Below, one piece after another: positions 19,252-27,311 of a DNA stretch of 64,000 bases. The notes under the pieces were generated by a model. That model ran no database searches and was not told the origin of the DNA. It was given only the letters and a program-made list of their open reading frames with translations. Each line of letters starts with the position of its first letter. Positions within the stretch are counted from its first letter, which is position 1. A program made the position numbers and the translations under genes. Source of the stretch: Candidatus Micrarchaeia archaeon (GTDB taxonomy: Archaea > Micrarchaeota > Micrarchaeia > Anstonellales > Bilamarchaeaceae); the NCBI GenBank assembly GCA_041649555.1, contig JBAZMS010000001.1, positions 11,122 through 75,121 on the forward strand, read 5' to 3'.

Positions 19252-19488
19252 TTATAATTCCTCAATATATTTGGTCTGAAGTTTATAAACTTCAATATCT
19301 GGTTTAAATGAGACAAAAAAATTATCTATGATTGATTCTAATTCTAAGGGAACTACGAGAACAGATTTGGTCTTCCAATAGGATTTAATTAAATTTAATT
19401 TGTTGAAATGATAATAAAATCTCCTTTTTAATTTGTTATAATCTTTTGGGTTTTTTGGTCGCAAATCATAAAAATAAACAAAAAACAT
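19252..19488 (-). CDS. Small hypothetical protein (78 aa), uncertain
   Basis: ORF only. A TATA-like element and palindrome lie upstream (19511-19535). Confidence 0.2.
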   Translation of the reverse strand: MFFVYFYDLRPKNPKDYNKLKRRFYYHFNKLNLIKSYWKTKSVLVVPLELESIIDNFFVSFKPDIEVYKLQTKYIEEL

Positions 19489-19510
19489 AAAATAAATATA
19501 AACAATAAAT

Positions 19511-19535
19511 TATATAAATGTAACTATGGTTACAT
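19511..19535. promoter_or_regulatory. TATA-like box (tatataaa) followed by 7-bp-arm inverted repeat ATGTAAC-tatg-GTTACAT in the divergent intergenic region
   Basis: Read directly in sequence. Located about 25-45 nt upstream of the 19488 minus-strand start and upstream of the helicase gene. Confidence 0.3.
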
Positions 19536-19660
19536 TAATCTTCAATCACAAAAAATAAAATAATGTTGTTTTATTTGTGGAACAACACCCCCTACTATTT
19601 ATATTCTTTGTATACCTCCAATCTATCTATTTTTATTTTTTCTTAGTTATATTTCTTTTA

Positions 19661-21145
19661 ATGATCACCACACCAAGGGAATATCAAATAAATATTTATA
19701 CTTCTATTCTCAGGCATGGAAATACCTTAGTGGTTCTTCCCACTGGCCTTGGCAAAACCCTTATCGCATTAATGCTTATTGAAAAAAAATACCCAACTGG
19801 AAAATGTCTTTTTTTATCTCCAACAAAACCATTAACAGAGCAGCACCATACTTCTATTATTCGGGAGTTTGGCGATTTGAAAGGCAATGTAACTATAGTT
19901 ACAGGGGCAACCCCCCAAACCAGGAGAAAAACTGAATATGAGAAAAAAATAATAGTTGCAACCCCCCAAACAATAAGAAACGACATCACAACAGGCCTTA
20001 TCGATCCTTCTTTGTTTTCGTTGGTTATTTTTGATGAAGCCCATAGGGCAATAGGGGAATATTCATATACTCAAATCTCAAAAAAATTGCAAAAAGAAAC
20101 ACTAATTGTGGGTCTTACTGCATCCCCTGGAGGAAAAAAAGAGCACATCCAGAAAGTTTTGGATAATCTTAATATCTCTAATATTGAATTAAGGATATCT
20201 TCAGATGGTGATGTTGCCCCATACACACACAAAACGAGCATTTTTTGGGAATTTGTAACCCTGCCCCCCAAATACCTCTTGTTAAAATCCGAATTAGATT
20301 GCCTGATTCAAAAATATTCAAGAACACTTTCTCTTTTTGGATTTAGGCCCATGTTAAAATCAAAAACCCTTTTTTTACAAATGCGGGACAGGATTCTAAA
20401 ATCAAAAACCAATAAGAAATACCTTATTTTGATGTATTATTCGGTGCTGCTCAATCTCCTCCACATGGCCGAACTTTTAGAAACCCAGTCAATTGCAACC
20501 CTTCAAAAGTACATAAAAAAAATATCAGAGCGGGAAAACAAATCCTCTAAAATAATTTTAAACAACCAGACAATAGCAAGGATATTAAAAGAAGATGCCA
20601 CTCCCCATCCCAAATTAATACTCTTAACTGAGATCATAGGGAAACTTTCAGATTCTAAAAAAAGGGCAATTATTTTTGCCCAATACCGGGACCAAGTCAA
20701 ACAAATTGCAGACCACCTTGTATTGAATGGTTTTTTGGCAAGAGAATTTATGGGAAAAAAAGATAGCTACACAAGAAAAACACAGGAAGAAACAATAAGG
20801 GAATTTGTTGAGGGAAAGTTTGATTTCCTCTGCTCTTCATCAATAGGAGAAGAAGGCCTTGATATTCCAAGTGTTGATGCAGTTATTTTTTATGAGCCAA
20901 TACCAAGTGAAATAAGATCAATCCAGAGAAGAGGGCGAACAGGAAGGTTTTCCAAAGGCCAGGTGTATATATTAATAACTAAAAACACCAGAGATGAATA
21001 TTTTTATTGGGCTTCAGTGAATCGTGAAAAGAAAATGAAATCTATTTTAGGTACCATTGATAAGAAATCTGCGGCCGGAGATGAAAAAACAAGCGGACTG
21101 CGGCCTGGGAAAAAACTTGGCCAGACAAAACTCGATTTTTTTTGA
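19661..21145 (+). CDS. SF2 DEAH-box helicase of the Hef/FANCM/RIG-I-like family, helicase portion only. ORF track starts at 19577 in a hydrophobic, low-complexity leader
   Basis: PREYQ (Q motif), LPTGLGKT (motif I), VIFDEAH (motif II), TASPG (III), QRRGRTGR (VI). No ERCC4 nuclease domain. Confidence 0.7.
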   Translation: MITTPREYQINIYTSILRHGNTLVVLPTGLGKTLIALMLIEKKYPTGKCLFLSPTKPLTEQHHTSIIREFGDLKGNVTIVTGATPQTRRKTEYEKKIIVATPQTIRNDITTGLIDPSLFSLVIFDEAHRAIGEYSYTQISKKLQKETLIVGLTASPGGKKEHIQKVLDNLNISNIELRISSDGDVAPYTHKTSIFWEFVTLPPKYLLLKSELDCLIQKYSRTLSLFGFRPMLKSKTLFLQMRDRILKSKTNKKYLILMYYSVLLNLLHMAELLETQSIATLQKYIKKISERENKSSKIILNNQTIARILKEDATPHPKLILLTEIIGKLSDSKKRAIIFAQYRDQVKQIADHLVLNGFLAREFMGKKDSYTRKTQEETIREFVEGKFDFLCSSSIGEEGLDIPSVDAVIFYEPIPSEIRSIQRRGRTGRFSKGQVYILITKNTRDEYFYWASVNREKKMKSILGTIDKKSAAGDEKTSGLRPGKKLGQTKLDFF

Positions 21146-21241
21146 CAACACCCTGCATATTATTTTAGGTGGCCAGCCAAAATAACAACTACTCTTTTTT
21201 TGGTAGCCACAATTTAAATAGTATTTTAACATATCATTACC

Positions 21242-21883
21242 ATGGAAAAACTATTGAAAAAAACCCTCCTTTCAAATAAACCACTTCTCTTATACGATGG
21301 GGATGGAAGGGAGAAGGAAACAGACATCATTTTTTATCCAAAAAACATAACCTACAAGGAAGTTCAATTCCTTAGAAAAAACGCAGGGGGGCTTTTATGC
21401 ATTGCAGTATCAGAAGAGTTATCCAACACCCTCAATCTTCCATTTATTTCAGATCTCCTGCCAGAAAATTGCAGAAAACTAAAAATTCGAAAAACCCCCT
21501 ATGGAGACAAGCCGGCATTTTCAATATCTATAAATCATAGGAAAACCTTTACAGGCATTACTGATACCGACCGGGCAAAAACAATTTTCTCTTTTTTTAA
21601 AGTTGCAAAATCAAAGAGCAGGAAAAAGTTTCTGGATAATTTTTATTCCCCTGGCCATATCTTTCTGCTTAGGGCCGCCAACCCTTCAAAAAGGTGCGGC
21701 CATACCGAACTTTCCACTCTTCTTTTCTCAAAAATTGGCCTAACTCCTGTTGCAGTTCTTTGTGAAATGCTTGCAGATAATGGAAAAGCACTAGATCCGG
21801 GGAGTGCAAAAAGATTTGCAAAAAAACACAATCTTTTGTTTCTAAAAAAAGAGGATGTCTTAATGCTTGGTGAGAAAAAATGA
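21242..21883 (+). CDS. ribB: 3,4-dihydroxy-2-butanone 4-phosphate synthase
   Basis: Conserved DGDGREKETD acidic motif region and RAANPSKRCGHTE. First gene of rib cluster. Confidence 0.7.
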   Translation: MEKLLKKTLLSNKPLLLYDGDGREKETDIIFYPKNITYKEVQFLRKNAGGLLCIAVSEELSNTLNLPFISDLLPENCRKLKIRKTPYGDKPAFSISINHRKTFTGITDTDRAKTIFSFFKVAKSKSRKKFLDNFYSPGHIFLLRAANPSKRCGHTELSTLLFSKIGLTPVAVLCEMLADNGKALDPGSAKRFAKKHNLLFLKKEDVLMLGEKK

Positions 21884-22341
21884 AACTTGGAATTTGCGAT
21901 ACTACTTTTGCAAGATGCGATATGGCCCAATTTGCAATCTCAATTATAAATTCAAATTATTCAAATGTAAGAATAATAAGAAAAACAGTTCCTGGAGTAA
22001 AAGATCTCCCGCTTGCCTGCAAACTTCTTTTAGAAAAAGAAAGCTGTGAGATATGTCTTGCGCTTGGAATGCCCGGTCCAAAAGAAATAGATCGGCAATG
22101 CGCGCATGAAGCATCAGCAGGCCTGATACAAACACAGCTGATGGCAAACAAACCAATAATTGAGGTTTTTGTTTATGAAAACGAAGCAACAAACCCAAAA
22201 GAATTATTTAAAGTATGCAAAAACAGGACTGAAAAGCATACCTTAAATGCAGTAAGAATGATACAAGACCCTGAATGGTTTATAAAAAACTCCGGCAAAG
22301 GACTGCGCCAGGGTTTTGTTGATGCAGGTCCGTTAATTTAA
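21880..22341 (+). CDS. ribC: Archaeal-type riboflavin synthase (lumazine-synthase-fold RibC)
   Basis: N-terminal MKLGICDTTFARCDMAQFAI matches the archaeal riboflavin synthase start. About 153 aa. ATGA overlap with ribB. Confidence 0.7.
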   Translation: MKLGICDTTFARCDMAQFAISIINSNYSNVRIIRKTVPGVKDLPLACKLLLEKESCEICLALGMPGPKEIDRQCAHEASAGLIQTQLMANKPIIEVFVYENEATNPKELFKVCKNRTEKHTLNAVRMIQDPEWFIKNSGKGLRQGFVDAGPLI

Positions 22342-22359
22342 TATTTATGAGGTGATTTT

Positions 22360-22764
22360 ATGGAAATAGGATTGGTTGTATGTGAATTTAATGCAGATAT
22401 AACAAAACCAATGGAGGAGAGGGCAAAGGCCCATGCACAATTTTTAGGGGCAAAAATTGGAAAAATATTTTATGTGCCCGGCGCATTTGATTCTCCGATT
22501 GCAGTGCAAAACCTTTTGGAAAAAGAAAATATAGATGCAGTTGTCGTTCTTGGCGCAGTTTTAGAAGGAGATACTGACCATGATTTAATTGTTGCCCAGC
22601 ACGCTTCAAGAAAACTGATGGATCTTTCATTGCAATTCAAAAAACCCGTCACACTTGGAATTTCAGGGCCAAAAATGACCCGGTTGCAGGCACAGGAAAG
22701 AATTGATGATTATGCAAAAAGGGCTGTCGAGGGAGCAGTAAAACTTTTGAAAAGACTGGAGTGA
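22360..22764 (+). CDS. ribH: 6,7-dimethyl-8-ribityllumazine synthase
   Basis: MEIGLVVCEFNADIT N-terminus, VPGAFDSPIAVQ, about 134 aa as in archaeal RibH. Confidence 0.75.
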   Translation: MEIGLVVCEFNADITKPMEERAKAHAQFLGAKIGKIFYVPGAFDSPIAVQNLLEKENIDAVVVLGAVLEGDTDHDLIVAQHASRKLMDLSLQFKKPVTLGISGPKMTRLQAQERIDDYAKRAVEGAVKLLKRLE

Positions 22765-22773
22765 AAAATAAAA

Positions 22774-23340
22774 ATGGAAAAAATTCCTTCTGCAAAATTT
22801 CCAACAGAGTTTGGAGAATTTAGGATTTATTCTTTTTCAGATGATTTAATAGTTCTCTCATTAGGAGAGGTATTTGAAAAAAAAGAACTGCTTGTAAGGG
22901 TTCATTCCCAATGTTTTACAGGGGATGTTTTTCAGTCAAAACGGTGTGATTGCCATTTGCAGCTTTTTTCTTCCCTTGAAATGATTTCTCTGGAAAATAG
23001 CGGAATGTTAATTTATCTTCGAAACCACGAGGGAAGGGGGATAGGCCTTAAAAATAAGATAAAAGCATACTCTCTTCAAGATGAGGGTTTAGACACCATA
23101 GAGGCAAATCACCAGCTTGGTTTTCCAACAGATGCAAGAGAATACGACCAGATAAAGGCTGTTTTTGAATATTTTAAAATAACTTCAATACAGCTCATAA
23201 CCAATAATCCTGACAAAATAGCGAAAATAAAAAAAAATGGCATATCAATTACCCAACGCATTCCTCTTATCATCAAACCAAACGAATTCAATTCCAAATA
23301 CCTGAAAGATAAAAAAGAGAAAATGGGCCACCTATTATGA
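22774..23340 (+). CDS. ribA: GTP cyclohydrolase II
   Basis: Zinc site RVHSQCFTGDVFQSKRCDCH. NHEGRGIGLKNK. Catalytic region around TNNPDK. Confidence 0.7.
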   Translation: MEKIPSAKFPTEFGEFRIYSFSDDLIVLSLGEVFEKKELLVRVHSQCFTGDVFQSKRCDCHLQLFSSLEMISLENSGMLIYLRNHEGRGIGLKNKIKAYSLQDEGLDTIEANHQLGFPTDAREYDQIKAVFEYFKITSIQLITNNPDKIAKIKKNGISITQRIPLIIKPNEFNSKYLKDKKEKMGHLL

Positions 23341-24422
23341 CTTCCAAGAAAATTTGCGACCATTGTTTTATGTCTATTGCACTATCTCTTGCAAAAAACG
23401 GCAGCCCGTCTCCGAATCCATATGTAGGCGCGGTCATAGTAAAAAACGGAAAAATAATAGGAAAAGGATTTCATGAAAAATCCGGCAGCCCCCATGCTGA
23501 AATAAATGCAATAAATTCAGTAAAAAACAAAAAAGAGATAAAAAACTCCACTCTTTATACCACACTAGAGCCCTGTTCCCATTTTGGAAAGACGCCCCCA
23601 TGCACTGATGCAATATTAAAATCCGGAATAAAAAGAGTGGTATTTGCATCAAGGGACCCGACAAAAAAAGTTTGCGGAGAAGAGATACTAAAAAAATCCG
23701 GAATAAAAATCACATCCGGGATTTTGGAAAAAAAATCCAAAAAACTAAATGAGGTTTTTTATTACTTTTCAGAAAAAAAATCTCCTTTCATTGCACTCAA
23801 GGCCGCCTCATCAAAAAATTCAAAAATAGGGATTTATGGAAAAAAAACAAAAATAACCGGAAGGAAAGCTGTTTTCTTTTCACACATCCTCCGCTCAAAA
23901 TACGATTCCATATTGGTTGGAATAAACACAATTCTTTCTGACGATCCTCTCCTGACTACGAGGATAAAAAACAAGAAAAGCCCGATAAAAATTATTCTTG
24001 ATTCAAAACTTATAATTCCCCTCTCTGCAAATGTATTGAAGGATAAAAACACCATAATCGCAACCACCTCTAGTGCCAGCAGAAACAAAAAAAACATATT
24101 GCAAAAATCAGGAATCAGAGTTGTTGTTTCCGGGCGCAAAAAAATAAATCTTAAAAAGCTCCTTGGCATTCTTGCAAAATCCACAATAACATCAATTCTT
24201 GTTGAAGGAGGAACAAAAGTCCATACTTCTTTTCTAAAATCCAAATCAGTAAATAAAATCTATCTATTCAAATCTAAAACAATTCTCAACGGAGAGACAA
24301 TCCCCCTATTTGAAAAGAAATACCTTTCAGATTTTATGCTAAAAGAAAAAAGGCCTTTGGGAAAAGATTCCCTCAATATATTTGAACGAAAAAACAAAAA
24401 AATCGCCCCAACAATAATTTAA
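23337..24422 (+). CDS. ribD: Bifunctional diaminohydroxyphosphoribosylaminopyrimidine deaminase / 5-amino-6-(5-phosphoribosylamino)uracil reductase
   Basis: N-terminal CMP/dCMP-type deaminase zinc motifs HAEINAI ... EPCSHFGKTPPC. C-terminal RibD_C reductase-like domain (ILVEGG). ATGA overlap with ribA. Confidence 0.7.
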   Translation: MTSKKICDHCFMSIALSLAKNGSPSPNPYVGAVIVKNGKIIGKGFHEKSGSPHAEINAINSVKNKKEIKNSTLYTTLEPCSHFGKTPPCTDAILKSGIKRVVFASRDPTKKVCGEEILKKSGIKITSGILEKKSKKLNEVFYYFSEKKSPFIALKAASSKNSKIGIYGKKTKITGRKAVFFSHILRSKYDSILVGINTILSDDPLLTTRIKNKKSPIKIILDSKLIIPLSANVLKDKNTIIATTSSASRNKKNILQKSGIRVVVSGRKKINLKKLLGILAKSTITSILVEGGTKVHTSFLKSKSVNKIYLFKSKTILNGETIPLFEKKYLSDFMLKEKRPLGKDSLNIFERKNKKIAPTII

Positions 24423-24448
24423 AGAACTTTCACATAAATCTTAATATT

Positions 24449-25543
24449 ATGAGATCTGAACTTTTGGAACATGCAATAAAAGATAAGGATATTATTCTTG
24501 TTGCCCAGATTGCCCCGGCAGTACGGGTAAGTTTGGGGGAGTTTTTTGGAAAAGAACCAGGTACAATAATGACTAAAAAGATTGTTTTTGCCCTAAAAAA
24601 GATCGGGTTTGATTATGTTTTTGACACTAGTTTTGGGGCAGATGTTGCAGTAATGGAGGAGTGTTTTGAATTCGAAAAAAGGCTAAAAAACAACGGTCCG
24701 TTTCCAATGATTAATTCCTGTTGCCCCGGAACCGTTTCCTTTATAGAGCATTCTTATCCGGAATTAATCCCCCATGTTGCAACAGTAAAAAGCCCTATGG
24801 AAATTTTAGGTTCTCTTATAAAAACTGCCTTTGCAAAAGAAAAAAAAATCCCCCCTGAAAAAATCTGTTCAGTTGCAATAATGCCCTGTGTTATAAAAAA
24901 GGCAGAAGCCCTTAGGCCGGAATTAAGAATGAATGGAAAATTAGTAATAGATGGAGTCCTGACAACAAAAGAGCTTGGTGAAATTCTCAAAGACAAACAT
25001 ATTGATCTCGAAAACTGCAAAGATGCAGAATTTGATTCAATGTTTGGAACTGCCTCAGGAGGAGGGATTATTTTTGGCTCAAGCGGAGGTGTTTGCGAGG
25101 CAAGCCTGAGAAAATATGCATCATTACACAAAATCCCTCTTGAGAAAATTGAAACAACAAAATTGCGCGGTTCTGAAGGAGTGCGTGAAGTAACCTTCAA
25201 TTTTAATGGAGAAAAAATCAAAATAGCCATTATAAACTCTCTTAGAAATGCAAGCCCATTGCTTAACGATTCCAAGAAAAGGGCGCAATTCCATTTTATA
25301 GAGGTGATGGCCTGTCTTGGCGGATGTGTTGGGGGCGCAGGCCAGCCTGTTTCAACAATAGGGGCAATAGAAAAAAGAAGAAAAGGGCTATATCAAATTG
25401 ATTCAAATTCAAAAATAAAAATTTCAAATGAAAATCCAGAAATAATCCAGCTTTATTCCAAATACCTTGGACGCCCAGGTAGCGAAACTGCAATCAAAAT
25501 CCTTCATACCAAATTTGATAAAATATGTACGGACTGTTTTTAG
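24449..25543 (+). CDS. Minimal [FeFe]-hydrogenase catalytic (H-cluster) domain protein lacking an N-terminal ferredoxin-like F-cluster domain
   Basis: All three H-cluster motifs present: L1 NSCCPGT (variant of TSCCPxW), L2 MPCVIKKAEA (MPCxxKxxE), L3 EVMACLGGCVGGAGQP (ExMACxxGCxxGGGQP). N-terminal VAQIAPAVRVSLGEFFG. Confidence 0.7.
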   Translation: MRSELLEHAIKDKDIILVAQIAPAVRVSLGEFFGKEPGTIMTKKIVFALKKIGFDYVFDTSFGADVAVMEECFEFEKRLKNNGPFPMINSCCPGTVSFIEHSYPELIPHVATVKSPMEILGSLIKTAFAKEKKIPPEKICSVAIMPCVIKKAEALRPELRMNGKLVIDGVLTTKELGEILKDKHIDLENCKDAEFDSMFGTASGGGIIFGSSGGVCEASLRKYASLHKIPLEKIETTKLRGSEGVREVTFNFNGEKIKIAIINSLRNASPLLNDSKKRAQFHFIEVMACLGGCVGGAGQPVSTIGAIEKRRKGLYQIDSNSKIKISNENPEIIQLYSKYLGRPGSETAIKILHTKFDKICTDCF

Positions 25544-26097
25544 ATAAAAAATGTAATGCAACGGGGGCATGCTCAAAATGTCAGGCCAATTGCTGTAAGA
25601 GTTATCTTATCGCGCTTACTTCTTTTGATTTGAGGAGAATATATAAAAAAACCAATTCTCTCGATTTTTTTACAACAATAAATGCAGATAATTTTGATAC
25701 ATGCCTTGCCCAGAGTTTTATTCTTTTTGAAAAGGATGCACCAAAAGAATACTTTTTGGTGCTTTCAAGAAAGAAAAACGGATCTTGCATTTTTCTTGGA
25801 AAGGATAATCTCTGCGCAATATATAATGAACGGCCGATTGTCTGCAGAATCTATCCCTTTAGATACAGAAATGAAAAAATACTCTACAAAGATAAAATAA
25901 AGTGCCCTGCAGAATGGGAAATAACCCCAAAAATAAAAGAAGAATTTTTAAAAGCACATAAAATGCAATTGGAAGAATTAAAATCATTTGGGGCGCGCTG
26001 CAGGGAATGGAATGCCAACCATTCCAAAACCGGAAATTTGGAATTGTTTTTAAAATTTATTTTGCAGCAGCCAAAAAATAAAAAAACGAACATATAA
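25525..26097 (+). CDS. YkgJ/UPF0153-family putative Fe-S or Zn-binding protein (CxxCxxCC)
   Basis: N-terminal CSKCQANCCKSY motif. Further Cys at CIFLGKDNLCAIY...CRIYPF characteristic of the family. 19-nt overlap with the hydrogenase-like gene. Confidence 0.6.
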   Translation: MYGLFLDKKCNATGACSKCQANCCKSYLIALTSFDLRRIYKKTNSLDFFTTINADNFDTCLAQSFILFEKDAPKEYFLVLSRKKNGSCIFLGKDNLCAIYNERPIVCRIYPFRYRNEKILYKDKIKCPAEWEITPKIKEEFLKAHKMQLEELKSFGARCREWNANHSKTGNLELFLKFILQQPKNKKTNI

Positions 26098-26120
26098 ATA
26101 TAATTTAGATAAATTATTTT

Positions 26121-27077
26121 ATGGCATTAATTTCCCTGATAATTTTAATTGTTTCACTTGCAGTACTTTCAAAGTCAGCAAGCATTGCTGTGGACAATGC
26201 CTCAAAAATAGCAAATTATTTTAGAATCAGTTCGCTTGCAGTCGGTTTTTTGCTCATTTCTCTTTCAACCACTCTCCCAGAACTTTCAGTTTCAGTAATC
26301 TCATCAATCTCAGGGGACGGGGCTCTTGCAGCCGGCAATGCCTTTGGTTCAGTAATTGCAAACATTCTTTTGGTTTTAGGGCTTGGAGCATTTTTTTACA
26401 GCTTTAAAATAAGCAATGAAAATTCAAAAGATATTGCATTGGTTCTTTTAATTACTGCACTAGTATCTCTGTATGTGATGTTTATCACCTCTGTAAGAAA
26501 AGATGCCCTTGGGGTTTTTGAAGGGGCCGTCCTTTTGGTCTCTTATTTAATCTATATTTTTTATATTTTTAAATCCAAAAAAACTGATGGCACAGAAAAG
26601 GTGTATGTTGAAAAAAAAGAAGTGTCTCCTGCCTTTCTTTATTTTCTTATTTCCATTATTATTGTTCTTGTAAGTTCCGGGTTTGTCGTAAGTTCTGCAA
26701 TAGAAATAACAGAAATATTTAATCTTACTGAAGGTTTTGTCGGAGCAACAATTATTGCAATCGGTACTTCTCTTCCAGAAGCATCAATTTGTCTGCAGGC
26801 AATAAGAAAAAAAAGATATGGTCTTGCGCTTGGAAATGCCATCGGAGCCAGTGTTGCAAACCTTACACTTGTTTTAGGGATTGCAGCAATAATAAATCCA
26901 ATTTCTCTTATTATGCCTATTTTTGTTGCAACACTTCTTTTTGCAATACTTGCATGCATCCTTCTCCTTTATATCGCCGCTGTAAATAAAAAACTTGGCA
27001 GAATCGGAGGCCTGGGTTTTATTGCAATTTATATAATTTATATCGCATCCATATTCTATCTGCAATTTTTAAGATAA
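26121..27077 (+). CDS. Ca2+/cation antiporter (CaCA family, YrbG-like Na+/Ca2+ exchanger)
   Basis: Two alpha-repeat motifs (GNAFGSVIANILLVLG and GNAIGASVANLTLVLG) in a 10-TM-like hydrophobic protein. Confidence 0.75.
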   Translation: MALISLIILIVSLAVLSKSASIAVDNASKIANYFRISSLAVGFLLISLSTTLPELSVSVISSISGDGALAAGNAFGSVIANILLVLGLGAFFYSFKISNENSKDIALVLLITALVSLYVMFITSVRKDALGVFEGAVLLVSYLIYIFYIFKSKKTDGTEKVYVEKKEVSPAFLYFLISIIIVLVSSGFVVSSAIEITEIFNLTEGFVGATIIAIGTSLPEASICLQAIRKKRYGLALGNAIGASVANLTLVLGIAAIINPISLIMPIFVATLLFAILACILLLYIAAVNKKLGRIGGLGFIAIYIIYIASIFYLQFLR

Positions 27078-27122
27078 ACTATATATTTTTAAGCAGTCTA
27101 TGATATTGAACAGTTTATATGC

Positions 27123-27222
27123 GGGCCCGTAGCTCAATCTGGATAGAGCTTTCGGCTTCGGAAGCCGACTCCAAATTGCTGGAGAAACCGAAGGGTTGCG
27201 GGTTCAAATCCCGTCGGGCTCG
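27123..27222 (+). tRNA. tRNA gene with a 25-nt intron in the anticodon loop. Most consistent reading is tRNA-Arg (anticodon TCG) with the intron after position 37 (27162-27186). CCA not encoded
   Basis: Manually folded: acceptor GGGCCCG/CGGGCTC (one G-U), U8 A9, D stem GCTC/GAGC, anticodon stem TTCGG/CCGAA separated by 32 nt (7-nt loop + 25-nt intron), variable loop 5 nt, T arm GCGGG-TTCAAAT-CCCGT, discriminator G. Mature length 75 nt. Confidence 0.7.
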
Positions 27223-27311
27223 TTGCAGTTTTCTGTTTTCAGTTTTGGGGGCCCGGTTTTAAAGTTTTGCATTAGTTCTATTTTTATTTTTTTCCGATTT
27301 AATCTTAAATC

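Noticed and set aside
19577-19660. Upstream extension of the helicase ORF (MEQHPLLFIFFVYLQSIYFYFFLVIFLL)
   Set aside because: Phe/Leu/Tyr-rich low-complexity translation of an AT-rich promoter region. The conserved helicase Q motif follows the internal Met at 19661, which is the more plausible start.
21867-22049. 60-aa plus-strand ORF overlapping the ribB/ribC junction
   Set aside because: Alternative frame within the translationally coupled ribB-ribC genes, with no independent support.
27162-27186. Alternative reading of the tRNA as tRNA-Trp (CCA anticodon in the CTCCAAA heptamer) with two non-canonical introns
   Set aside because: It requires two separate insertions at unusual positions. 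A single 25-nt intron at the canonical 37/38 site gives a regular cloverleaf with anticodon TCG.
27245-27256. GGGGGCCCGGTT downstream of the tRNA resembling the tRNA 5' end (GCGGGCCCGTAG), considered as a possible att-site duplication
   Set aside because: Only about 8-10 nt of similarity, and it matches the 5' rather than the 3' end of the tRNA. No integrase nearby. Most likely coincidental.
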